DNA of 50,276 nucleotides, taken from Bacillota bacterium. GTDB taxonomy: Bacteria > Bacillota > Clostridia > Christensenellales > CAG-138. Positions 27,368 through 35,451 of the stretch are shown here, piece after piece (the stretch's first letter is position 1; each line of letters opens with the position of its first letter). Where the stretch lies: positions 1 through 50,276 of the forward strand of contig JAEWMV010000036.1 in assembly GCA_023393045.1 (NCBI GenBank), in the 5' to 3' direction. The position numbers were made by a program, and so were the translations under genes. The notes beneath the pieces were generated by a model, which saw nothing but the letters and a program-made list of their open reading frames with translations, made no database searches and was not told the DNA's origin.

Positions 27368-27530
27368 CATCGCGGCCCGGCGCGCGCCGCCGCGCATCAA
27401 CCCGGCCTCGTTTCCGCCGCAAGTCGAATCGGCATTCCGAAATAAATCCGGCGAAAAGCCGCGCAAATTCCGCAAACCAGTGGCATATGCGAGGGATATA
27501 ATCATATATTATATACATCAAAATGAAAAA

Positions 27531-27573
27531 TGCAATTTTTACTATTGCAAAATTCATTTTAGCATGCTAAGAT
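27531..27573 (+). promoter_or_regulatory. Promoter (-35 TTGCAA, 17 nt spacer, extended -10 TGCTAAGAT) with an overlapping TGCAAT-N7-ATTGCA inverted repeat
   Basis: TTGCAA is at 27545-50 and TAAGAT at 27568-73. The inverted repeat is at 27531-36 and 27544-49, a possible operator for the divergent GntR regulator. Confidence 0.5.
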
Positions 27574-27579
27574 AGGCTA

Positions 27580-27722
27580 TCCCATAAGAAAAGGCGTTCT
27601 TCACGGCAATCCCGCCACAGGAAGATGCTAAGGGAACGGATTTAATCGCCAGAACCGCACGACAAACCTTTTGTTATCGTGGAAGAACGCCGGTTTTCCG
27701 GCCGCCTTCTTCTTATAAAATT
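27580..27722 (+). promoter_or_regulatory. Structured 5' leader with mutually exclusive helices (riboswitch/attenuator candidate of unknown class)
   Basis: GGCGTTCTTCACG (27593-27605) pairs with CGTGGAAGAACGCC (27678-27691), enclosing 72 nt. The 3' arm overlaps the hairpin GAAGAA.GCCGG-TTTT-CCGGC...TTCTTC, which is followed by TTATAAAATT. Confidence 0.4.
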
Positions 27723-27768
27723 AAAGTTTTATCAGCCGCATCGGATTCGATGCAGAAAGGGGAAAACC

Positions 27769-28008
27769 ATGAAACACTATTACATTAACGCCGGCGCTTC
27801 CAAGAATGTCGAGAGCCTGCCTTATGTGCATGCTTCCTGGTGCCCGCATATGAAAAACGCCACGGAACGCGCGTACGTCGGCCTGTTTGCCGACGCAAGG
27901 AAAGCCGTTTCCGTCGCGCAGGAGCAGGGTTTTGCCCACGCCTCCGGTTGCCAGCTCTGCTGCCCCGAGACGCGCCGCTCCTATGCGTACCGGGCCGCGG
28001 GCAAATAA
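27769..28008 (+). CDS. Small (79 aa) Cys/His-rich protein, putative metal-binding
   Basis: MKHYYINAG...VHASWCPHM...GCQLCCPE. RBS GAAAGGGG. The track ORF start at 27679 lies inside the leader structure. Confidence 0.6.
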   Translation: MKHYYINAGASKNVESLPYVHASWCPHMKNATERAYVGLFADARKAVSVAQEQGFAHASGCQLCCPETRRSYAYRAAGK

Positions 28009-28087
28009 GAAAGACGGACGAAATGCAACGGGAACCGTCAAAATGCAGGAAACGAATTATGGAGATTGCAATTTCCGCTTCATAAAA

Positions 28088-28117
28088 CCCGCGCCGGATG
28101 TGCCGCGGGTTTTTTTG
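28088..28117 (+). terminator. Rho-independent terminator between the small protein gene and the MFS gene
   Basis: The CCCGCG/CGCGGG stem is followed by TTTTTTTG. Confidence 0.6.
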
Positions 28118-28164
28118 TTGCCCCGATATGCGCCGACGCGCGCACATGATATAATGCATAGCGT

Positions 28165-29427
28165 ATGATGAAAGCGAGGCCTTCTTTGTTTCAAACGGCG
28201 CGCTCGCTTACGGGCAACCAGCGCGCAATCGTCATGGTGGAGCCGTTATGGTCGCTGCCCTACAACCTTTTTCTTCCCTTCGCTTCGGTTTATATGGCGG
28301 CGCTCGGCCTCACGGACGCGCAGATCGGCACGGTGGCGAGCGCGGGGCTCGTCACGCAGTTCTTCTGGACGATTTTTTCCGGCGCGATCATCGATAAATT
28401 CGGCAGGCGGCCCATCATGCTGCTTTTCGATATTCTCTCCTGGGCGATCCCCTGTGTATTGTGGGCCGTCGCGCAGAACTACTGGTATTTCTTCCTCGCG
28501 GCGCTCTTCAACGGCATGTGGCGCGTGTCGGGCAACTGCTACGGCTGCATCGCCCTTGAGGACGGCGACCCCGATAAGCTTGTGGGCGTGTACGCCATAC
28601 TTTATATTTTCGGCACGGCGTCGGGCTTCCTCGCACCGCTTGCAGGCCTTTTTTTCGAGCGCTTTACGCTCGCGCCCACCATGCGCGCCATCTATGCCGC
28701 GGCCGTGTTCCTCCTGAGCGCGAAGTTTGTCCTCCAATACCGCCTCACGACGGACAGCCGCATGAGCCTTCGCCGTATGGAGGAGTGCAGGGGGCAAAGC
28801 CTCCTCTCCCTGACCTTCGGCGGGTACGGCGCGTTCGCCGCCGCCATCAAACAGCCCAAGCTGTATCTTCTGCTGGCGCTCATCGCGCTCAACACCTGCT
28901 TCAACACCGTGCAGACCACCTTCTGGCCGCTGTTCGTCACGGGCGAATACGGGGTGAGCGATTCCACGTTCACGCTGCTCCCGCTCGTGAAGGCGGCAAC
29001 CGCGCTCGTCGTTTATCTGTTTGTGACGGCGCGCATCAGCCTGCGCGCGGTGCGCCGGCCACTGCTTGTGGGCTTCGTCGCGCAGGCGCTTGGCCTCGCG
29101 TTCCTGCTTTCATTCTTGCCGCTCGGCCATTCCGCCCTGTTTGCGGTGTTCATAAGCGCCATGTGCGACGCGGTCGCGCTTGCGATTTTAAGCCCCATAT
29201 TCGAATCGCTCATTGGCGTGACGCTGCCTCCCGCGGAGCGCGCGCGCGTGTACAGTATGATGATCGCACTCCTTCTGATCGTAAGCGCCCCCATCGGCTG
29301 GATCGCGGGGCAGCTTTCCCAAATGCACCGCGCGCTCCCCTTCGTGCTCAACCTCGTCCTTCTCGCGGCGGAAATCTTCGTGGCCGTGAAGGTGGCGGGG
29401 ATGGCGGGGGAGGGGGAGAAGAAGTAA
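28165..29427 (+). CDS. MFS transporter
   Basis: 420 aa with about 12 hydrophobic segments and a DKFGRRP loop motif between TM2 and TM3. Confidence 0.85.
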   Translation: MMKARPSLFQTARSLTGNQRAIVMVEPLWSLPYNLFLPFASVYMAALGLTDAQIGTVASAGLVTQFFWTIFSGAIIDKFGRRPIMLLFDILSWAIPCVLWAVAQNYWYFFLAALFNGMWRVSGNCYGCIALEDGDPDKLVGVYAILYIFGTASGFLAPLAGLFFERFTLAPTMRAIYAAAVFLLSAKFVLQYRLTTDSRMSLRRMEECRGQSLLSLTFGGYGAFAAAIKQPKLYLLLALIALNTCFNTVQTTFWPLFVTGEYGVSDSTFTLLPLVKAATALVVYLFVTARISLRAVRRPLLVGFVAQALGLAFLLSFLPLGHSALFAVFISAMCDAVALAILSPIFESLIGVTLPPAERARVYSMMIALLLIVSAPIGWIAGQLSQMHRALPFVLNLVLLAAEIFVAVKVAGMAGEGEKK

Positions 29428-29457
29428 AGAATACTCAAACACACCTATTAGCGAATA

Positions 29458-29488
29458 TTGACAAATTAAGTCAAGATAATGCTATAAT
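29458..29488 (+). promoter_or_regulatory. Sigma-70-like promoter at the island edge (TTGACA, 19 nt spacer, TGCTATAAT)
   Basis: TTGACA is at 29458-63 and TATAAT, with a TGn extension, at 29483-88. The 19-nt spacer is long. Confidence 0.45.
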
Positions 29489-29518
29489 ACTCGTAAATCT
29501 CTCTTAGGGGAGGTCCTC

Positions 29519-29839
29519 TTGAATAAGCTCGAACTTCCCGAAATAAATCGACTATTTAACTTTAGGAAATTACTTTTATTTCCTTGGGGTTTAGTCCCTT
29601 TTGCTATAGGGTGGTACTCTATTCTTCTCGCAGCTTATATCCAGTTAACAGATAACGATCCCTTGACATGGTGGGGCAAGTTGCTTATCTATGGCGGTGG
29701 ATTAGCCATTTATACAGTGTTTTTATTATTCTATAACTATATATTTATACCACACAACAAAACAAGAATACAAAAATTTATATTTTTATATCGCCCAAAG
29801 ACTGGAGGCTCGATAAATATATTACTGACGATCTGGTAG
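29519..29839 (+). CDS. Island ORF 1: 106-aa two-TM protein (probably the N-terminal part of a disrupted longer gene)
   Basis: GGGGAGG lies 6 nt before the TTG start. The two hydrophobic helices are LLLFPWGLVPFAIGWYSILLAAYI and LLIYGGGLAIYTVFLLFYNYIFI. The region is AT-rich. Confidence 0.55.
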   Translation: MNKLELPEINRLFNFRKLLLFPWGLVPFAIGWYSILLAAYIQLTDNDPLTWWGKLLIYGGGLAIYTVFLLFYNYIFIPHNKTRIQKFIFLYRPKTGGSINILLTIW

Positions 29840-29844
29840 ATGAC

Positions 29845-30000
29845 ATGAGAAAGTCTATGCGTAGAGATTTAGAAGGTTGGGAAATAGTCGTTCCTAATAT
29901 ATATAAACGATTTAATGTAATGTATAAAATCAAACAGTATGATAAAAGAGGAAGGTTTTTTTTAACTCGCCAGCATGGAAGGCGCTCCACAAAACGCTAA
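29845..30000 (+). CDS. Island ORF 2: 51-aa fragment in a second frame
   Basis: MRKSMRRDLEGWEIVVPNIYKRFNVMYKIKQYDKRGRFFLTRQHGRRSTKR. This frame is already open from 29737 and so overlaps the end of ORF 1. Confidence 0.35.
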   Translation: MRKSMRRDLEGWEIVVPNIYKRFNVMYKIKQYDKRGRFFLTRQHGRRSTKR

Positions 30001-30032
30001 AAGCAAATTTCTTTTTATTTGGCGAATTAAGA

Positions 30033-30929
30033 GTGTGCAATTCGCGCGGTAGCGAACATTTAGAGTTCTGCGACTTGAACATGCTAGTTGCACATAGGGG
30101 CGATATTAGTAGCGATTTGAAAGACGAATTAAATCTGAACATATCAAAACATTTCCCCGGAGGGGTATTAATCGATAAAAGCTATGAGTATGAGCAGATG
30201 AAGTTGTTATCTAGCACATACGTAAATGTTATCGAGTTTATTATGGGACTTGTTTGCCTAATCAGTGGACGACCTGACTATGCGTACAAGCTTCACCTGA
30301 AAATCTACGAAAACAGAAAGTACGGTTTTAGAAACGAACAGCTGTTCCAAGATGCGCGGCGTTATTTAGATACTGAGTTTTCAGTGATGGCGTTACCCTA
30401 CATAAAAGAACACCATTACGGTCCAGTACATGAACTAATAAAAGAGCATGAAAGAAATGTGCCCGATGGATGTTCTGCTAAGATTGTACAAGCACAATTA
30501 TTTATTCGTGAAAGCTACACGGAATCAGAATATAGAGCAGCCTCGAAAAGAGGGCTGGATATTCTTAATACCCTTCAAGTTGATACCGCGATTAATAGAG
30601 CGACATTACTTGTAAACAGAGGGTATTTATATTTGCTCCAAAAAGATTATAAAGCTGCTGAAAAAGCATATAGGGCTGCCGACAAGTACATTTCAACTGC
30701 TGTTATAGAGAGCGCCATAGATTACTGTGACGATATTATTGCTATGCCAGAAAAAATAATTGAACATCCTACAGCGTATTATGTGCGCGCCCTCATGATG
30801 ATTAAAGGTAATTATAGTGATCCCGAAATTATGGATGCTTTAAAACTGGCCGCTGAGAATAGCGGCATTGAAGAAGAATATGCTATACCCGTCAAAAACT
30901 TATCCGACAAGTTTAGAAAAGTGTCTTGA
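30033..30929 (+). CDS. Island ORF 3: 298-aa helical protein with at least one TPR-like repeat (third frame)
   Basis: NRATLLVNRGYLYLLQKDYKAAEKAYRAADKY is TPR-like. The frame is open from 29946. There is no convincing SD before GTG 30033 or ATG 30081. Confidence 0.55.
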   Translation: MCNSRGSEHLEFCDLNMLVAHRGDISSDLKDELNLNISKHFPGGVLIDKSYEYEQMKLLSSTYVNVIEFIMGLVCLISGRPDYAYKLHLKIYENRKYGFRNEQLFQDARRYLDTEFSVMALPYIKEHHYGPVHELIKEHERNVPDGCSAKIVQAQLFIRESYTESEYRAASKRGLDILNTLQVDTAINRATLLVNRGYLYLLQKDYKAAEKAYRAADKYISTAVIESAIDYCDDIIAMPEKIIEHPTAYYVRALMMIKGNYSDPEIMDALKLAAENSGIEEEYAIPVKNLSDKFRKVS

Positions 30930-30993
30930 CCGAATGATATGCCTCTAGCCTGAACAACGCCTAGCAGCACATTCTTCTCATGCCTTCTTTGCT

Positions 30994-31022
30994 TTTGTAT
31001 TTCTCCTTTCCTATGTTATAAT
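30994..31022 (+). promoter_or_regulatory. Promoter-like element upstream of the NYN gene (TTTGTA, 17 nt spacer, TGTTATAAT)
   Basis: The extended -10 is at 31014-31022. The hairpin GCCGCG-CA-CGCGGC follows at about 31051-31064. Confidence 0.4.
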
Positions 31023-31093
31023 ACACACATAAATAGGCAATGCTCATAGTGCCGCGCACGCGGCGTGAACGAATAAAGCAATGGGAGATGCGC

Positions 31094-31939
31094 ATGGAAA
31101 AGGAAATGAAGCTCGCGGTTTTGATTGACGCGGAAAACATAGCGGGCAAATACATAGGCGTGATATTGAGCGAAGCCAACGCGCTTGGCAACGTGGTATA
31201 CAAGCGCATTTACGGCAACTGGACAAGCACGCAGATGGGCGCGTGGCGCGACATCGTGCTGGATAATTCCATACAGCCTATCCAGCAGTACAACAACGCC
31301 AACGGCAAAAATTCCTCGGATTCTTCATTGATCATAGACGCCATGGACCTGCTCTACACGGGCAGGCTCAACGGCTTTTGCATCGTATCCTCGGACAGCG
31401 ACTTCACGCGCCTCGCCTCGCGCCTGCGTGAGAGCGAGATGTACGTGCTGGGCATGGGGGAGCAGAAAACCCCGCGCTCCTTCATATCCGCCTGCCATAA
31501 GTTCGCCTACCTCGACCTGCTCTATAAGAACAGCAAGTCCACAACCGCGGCCAAGCACCAGCAGGCGGACGCGGCGAAGAGGGCAAACGGTGCGGAGGAA
31601 AGGGCCGCGGCTCCCGGCAGGACCGCCGCGAAAACGGCGCAAAGGGCGGAGGAGCTCAGCGCGCCCGCCCCGAAGGAGGAGGCCGGCGCCCCCGTCTCGA
31701 AGGAAGAGATCATCGCCTCCCTCTCGCAGTACGCGGAGGAAATGTCCGACGACGACGGCTGGATCCACGCCGCGAAGATGGCCGACCAGCTCGGCAAAAA
31801 GTTCCCCGATTTCGACGCGCGCAACTACGGGCAGCGCACATTTGTGCCCTTTGTCAAATCCCTTGGCCTGTTTGAAATGAAGCGCGATAAAACCAATTCC
31901 ACGGTCGTTTACTTCAAATTGAAACAAAGCGGCGCGTAA
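31094..31939 (+). CDS. NYN-domain (LabA/DUF88) predicted RNase with a C-terminal OST-HTH/LOTUS domain
   Basis: The NYN core is KLAVLIDAENI...SSDSSLIIDAMDL...FCIVSSDSDFTRLASRLRE. An Ala/Glu/Lys-rich linker follows, then the OST-HTH-like segment WIHAAKMADQLGKKFPDFDARNYGQRTFVPFVKSL. The start at ATG 31094, behind GGGAG, is uncertain. Confidence 0.75.
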   Translation: MEKEMKLAVLIDAENIAGKYIGVILSEANALGNVVYKRIYGNWTSTQMGAWRDIVLDNSIQPIQQYNNANGKNSSDSSLIIDAMDLLYTGRLNGFCIVSSDSDFTRLASRLRESEMYVLGMGEQKTPRSFISACHKFAYLDLLYKNSKSTTAAKHQQADAAKRANGAEERAAAPGRTAAKTAQRAEELSAPAPKEEAGAPVSKEEIIASLSQYAEEMSDDDGWIHAAKMADQLGKKFPDFDARNYGQRTFVPFVKSLGLFEMKRDKTNSTVVYFKLKQSGA

Positions 31940-32009
31940 GCGTCCCGCTTCGCGCTGATGCAGGCGATCCGGCTTTTGCATAGCCGCCGCCCGGAAAGGG
32001 TTCCCTTTG

Positions 32010-33398
32010 ATGCAAACGTTTACGGACGGGGATTTTCTGTTGAATACGTCCACAGCACGCGCCCTCTACCACGAGCACGCGCGGCTTATGCCCGTCGCGG
32101 ACTATCACTGCCACATCAGCCCCAAGGATATCTATGAGGACAGGCGCTACGATAATCTCGCCGAAATCTGGCTCGCCGAGGACCGCTACAAGTGGCGCGC
32201 CCTGCGCGCCTGCGGCGTGGAGGAGCGCCTCGTCACAGGGGACGCCCCCGCGTACGAAAAGTTCCGGGCGTGGGCGGAGGTTGTGCCCAAACTCGTCGGC
32301 AGCCCGCTCTATCACTGGACGCACCTGGAACTTGCCCGCTATTTCGGCATCAGCGAAACGCTATCGCCCAAGACCTGCGGCGCGATATGGGAGCAAGCTA
32401 ACGAAAAGCTCAAATCACTCAGCGTAAAGAGCATCCTGCAAACCTCCGGCGTAAAGGCGCTTTGCACCACGGACGACCCGGCGGACGATCTCCATTGGCA
32501 TAAGCTTCTGCGCGGGGACGCAGGCTTTGCCATTCAGGTTTTGCCCACTTTCCGTCCGGACGGGGCCATGCATCTGAACCGCCCCGGCTTTGCGCAATAC
32601 GCCGCGCGCCTTGGCGAAGCATCGGGCATGCGCATAGAAAACCTTGCGGATATGAAGGAGGCGCTTCTTCGCCGCATGAAGTATTTTTCCCAAATGGGCT
32701 GCCTCACGGCCGACCACGACCTCGATGAAATCCCCTTTGGGCGGGACGAGGCGCTATCCGAAACTGCGCTTCGCGCCGCGCTTTCGGGCAAGATTGCCGA
32801 CGCGCGGGGCGCGACCGCATATAAAACGGAGCTTTTGTTTTTCCTCGCGCAACTGTATCGGGAACATGGTTTGGTGATGCAGCTTCGCGTGGGCGCGGCG
32901 CGCGACGTGAACCCTGTGATGCATCAGAAGCTCGGCCCCGACGCGGGGTTTGACGCCGTGGGCGGCGCGCCGTTTACGGGAGAAAAACTGGGGCGTTTGC
33001 TCGGCGCGCTCGCGGATGAAAACGCGCTGCCAAAGACCGTGCTCTACTCGCTCAATCCCGCGGACAACGTGCAGATCGCCCCGCTTGCCGCCTGTTTTCC
33101 CGGCAAGGTGCAGCAGGGGAGCGCATGGTGGTATAACGACACGCGGCGCGGCATTGAGGCGCAGTTGGCGACCCTTGCGGAATGCGCCGCACTGCCGAAC
33201 TCCATCGGCATGACGACGGACGCGCGAAGCCCGCTCTCCTATGCGCGGCACGAGTATTTCCGCCGTGTGCTGTGTGCGCTGCTCGGCCGCTTCGTGGAGG
33301 AGGGCGAATACCCGCCCGACATGGAGGCGCTCGGCGCGATGGCGCGCGACATTTCCTATCACAACGCCGTACGTTATTTCGGCTTCCATCTCGATTGA
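32010..33398 (+). CDS. uxaC: Glucuronate isomerase
   Basis: MQTFTDGDFLLNTSTARALYHEHARLMPVADYHCHISPKDI is the canonical UxaC N-terminus, and the length of about 463 aa fits. Confidence 0.9.
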   Translation: MQTFTDGDFLLNTSTARALYHEHARLMPVADYHCHISPKDIYEDRRYDNLAEIWLAEDRYKWRALRACGVEERLVTGDAPAYEKFRAWAEVVPKLVGSPLYHWTHLELARYFGISETLSPKTCGAIWEQANEKLKSLSVKSILQTSGVKALCTTDDPADDLHWHKLLRGDAGFAIQVLPTFRPDGAMHLNRPGFAQYAARLGEASGMRIENLADMKEALLRRMKYFSQMGCLTADHDLDEIPFGRDEALSETALRAALSGKIADARGATAYKTELLFFLAQLYREHGLVMQLRVGAARDVNPVMHQKLGPDAGFDAVGGAPFTGEKLGRLLGALADENALPKTVLYSLNPADNVQIAPLAACFPGKVQQGSAWWYNDTRRGIEAQLATLAECAALPNSIGMTTDARSPLSYARHEYFRRVLCALLGRFVEEGEYPPDMEALGAMARDISYHNAVRYFGFHLD

Positions 33399-33437
33399 AC
33401 CGACTTTGTCCATACAATTTGGAAAGGAGCTTGCCCG

Positions 33438-34898
33438 ATGACCCGCTCGTACGAAACGCTCAGGGAGATGGCCGCAGCGCTCGGCGCGAGGCTGTATGAA
33501 AAATCCTTCGTTCCCGTGGAAGACGGTTTTGTCCTCATGGCCGACTTTGGCGCGGCTGACGCGCTGATCGTCAACCTTCCCGGCGCGCCTTTTTGCGGTG
33601 AGGAAAAAACGTTTGGCAACATAGAACTTACCGTCGCGCCGCTCAACCACGAAAACGCCGCCGCGCTGCGAAGGCTTTTTCCTTATACCGCACCCTCCCC
33701 GGTGCTGACCCGTCCGCGCACGCTGGGCGTGGGGGACCGCCTTGGCATCGCCGGGCCGGGGCACATCCGCACATTTGAAAAGTACGACGCCGCGCCCATA
33801 CTCGCCCAGCAGTCCATACGCGAGCTGACGCTCACGGGCCGCACCTTCGAGCAGGTGCTCGACTGCGCCACGTTCTCGGTGTTTCGCGAGGGCTTCCGCC
33901 GCGGCTTCGGCGCGGACGGGGATCATCTCAAAAAGGCCGAGGAGGTGGAGTACGCGCTTGGCTGCGGGTACACGATGATCACCCTTGATTGCAGCGAGCA
34001 TATCCGAAACGACGTCGCTACGATGTCGGACGACGAGGTGAAGGCCCTGCCCGACGATTACGCCCCGCTCATCGCCAAATACCAGGGCCTCGAGGTTGAC
34101 GTAGAGGGGCTGCGGCTGCGCTTTGGCGGCATGGAACTGCTGCGCACGGTGCACATCTACGGCGCGGCCATCGCCTTTGCTGCCGGCATATACGAGCGTT
34201 TTATCAAGAACGCCGCCGTCGATTTTGAAATTTCCATAGACGAAACAGAGACCCCCACGACCCCTCTGCAGCACTATTTCGTCGCCAACGAGCTCACCGC
34301 GCGCGGCGTGCGCATGGCAAGCGTGGCTCCCCGCTTCTGCGGCGAGTTCCAGAAGGGCATCGACTACATCGGCGACCTCGATCAATTCCGCGCGGAATTT
34401 GCCGTGCACGCGGCCATCGCGCGCAATTTCGGCTACAAAATCAGCGTCCATTCCGGTTCGGATAAGTTTTCCGTATTCCCAACGGTGGGCGAGGAAACGC
34501 GTGGCCGCTTCCACGTGAAAACGGCGGGCACCAACTGGCTTGAGGCGATGCGCCTCGCGGCCTCGGCTTCCCCCGCGCTGTACCGCGAAATACATGCTTT
34601 CGCGCTCGAGCATTTCAATGAGGCGAAGAAATACTACCACGTCACCACCGACCTGACCAAAATTCCACCGCTCGCGTCCCTTTCGGACGCACTACTCCCC
34701 GCGCTTTTCGACCTTAACGAAGCGCGCCAGCTCATCCACATCACCTATGGGCTCATCCTCGCCGCCAAGAACGAAAGCGCCGACCTCTTCAAGACCCGCC
34801 TCTATTCCCTGTGGCGCACACACGCGGCCGAATACGCGCTGCTGCTTGAGAAGCACATCGGAAGGCACCTGGAGTTGTTGGGGGTAGGGAAGGTATAA
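33438..34898 (+). CDS. uxaE: Tagaturonate/fructuronate epimerase (UxaE family)
   Basis: 486 aa, immediately downstream of uxaC. It contains GVGDRLG and FGADGDHLK blocks that I associate with UxaE. Confidence 0.6.
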   Translation: MTRSYETLREMAAALGARLYEKSFVPVEDGFVLMADFGAADALIVNLPGAPFCGEEKTFGNIELTVAPLNHENAAALRRLFPYTAPSPVLTRPRTLGVGDRLGIAGPGHIRTFEKYDAAPILAQQSIRELTLTGRTFEQVLDCATFSVFREGFRRGFGADGDHLKKAEEVEYALGCGYTMITLDCSEHIRNDVATMSDDEVKALPDDYAPLIAKYQGLEVDVEGLRLRFGGMELLRTVHIYGAAIAFAAGIYERFIKNAAVDFEISIDETETPTTPLQHYFVANELTARGVRMASVAPRFCGEFQKGIDYIGDLDQFRAEFAVHAAIARNFGYKISVHSGSDKFSVFPTVGEETRGRFHVKTAGTNWLEAMRLAASASPALYREIHAFALEHFNEAKKYYHVTTDLTKIPPLASLSDALLPALFDLNEARQLIHITYGLILAAKNESADLFKTRLYSLWRTHAAEYALLLEKHIGRHLELLGVGKV

Positions 34899-34936
34899 TG
34901 TCTTTTAGAGAGAAACTAATACGGGGGGACAAAACC

Positions 34937-35389
34937 ATGACCGTGAGCGAATACTGGGCGAAATTCCTGCGGGAAACCAGGCGGGACGCCGCGACGGAAT
35001 ATTTTGAATGCTTTCATTTTGAAATGAGCGAAAAATGGGCGAGCGAATTGCTCCGCCTCGTTTTGATTGGGCAGAAGCGCGCCACGGCGAGCAGTCTGCA
35101 CGCGTTTAAGGCGGAGGGGCAGCGGCCGCCGCAGGCGGGGGATTTGAGCATCGTCACCGACTGGGAGGGCAATCCCCGCTGTGTGATTGAGACCAAGGCC
35201 ATCACCATACTGCCGTTTCGGGAGGTGACCTTCGACATCTGCGGCCGCGAGGGGGAGGACGACTCCCTCGAATCCTGGCGCGAGGCGCACACGCGCTTTT
35301 TCACCGCGGAGGGGAAAGAGCTTGGCTATGAATTTTCCGAGGATATGCCGGTGGTGTTTGAGGATTTCGAGGTCGTGTACACGGACTAA
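34937..35389 (+). CDS. ASCH-domain protein
   Basis: MTVSEYWAKFL...LIGQKRATASS...REGEDDSLESWREAHTRFF is the typical ASCH pattern. An alternative start is ATG 34898, which overlaps the uxaE stop. Confidence 0.75.
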   Translation: MTVSEYWAKFLRETRRDAATEYFECFHFEMSEKWASELLRLVLIGQKRATASSLHAFKAEGQRPPQAGDLSIVTDWEGNPRCVIETKAITILPFREVTFDICGREGEDDSLESWREAHTRFFTAEGKELGYEFSEDMPVVFEDFEVVYTD

Positions 35390-35407
35390 ATCAATCGGGC
35401 AATGATA

Positions 35408-35430
35408 AAAGCGGCCGCAATGGCCGCTTT
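35408..35430. terminator. Bidirectional terminator
   Basis: AAAGCGGCC-GCAAT-GGCCGCTTT lies between convergent genes. Confidence 0.7.
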
Positions 35431-35451
35431 CGTTATGCACCAGTTCTCTAC

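Noticed and set aside
28009-28087. 20-aa ORF (MQREPSKCRKRIMEIAISAS) between the mini-protein gene and its terminator
   Set aside because: It has no convincing SD and is too short to support without conservation data.
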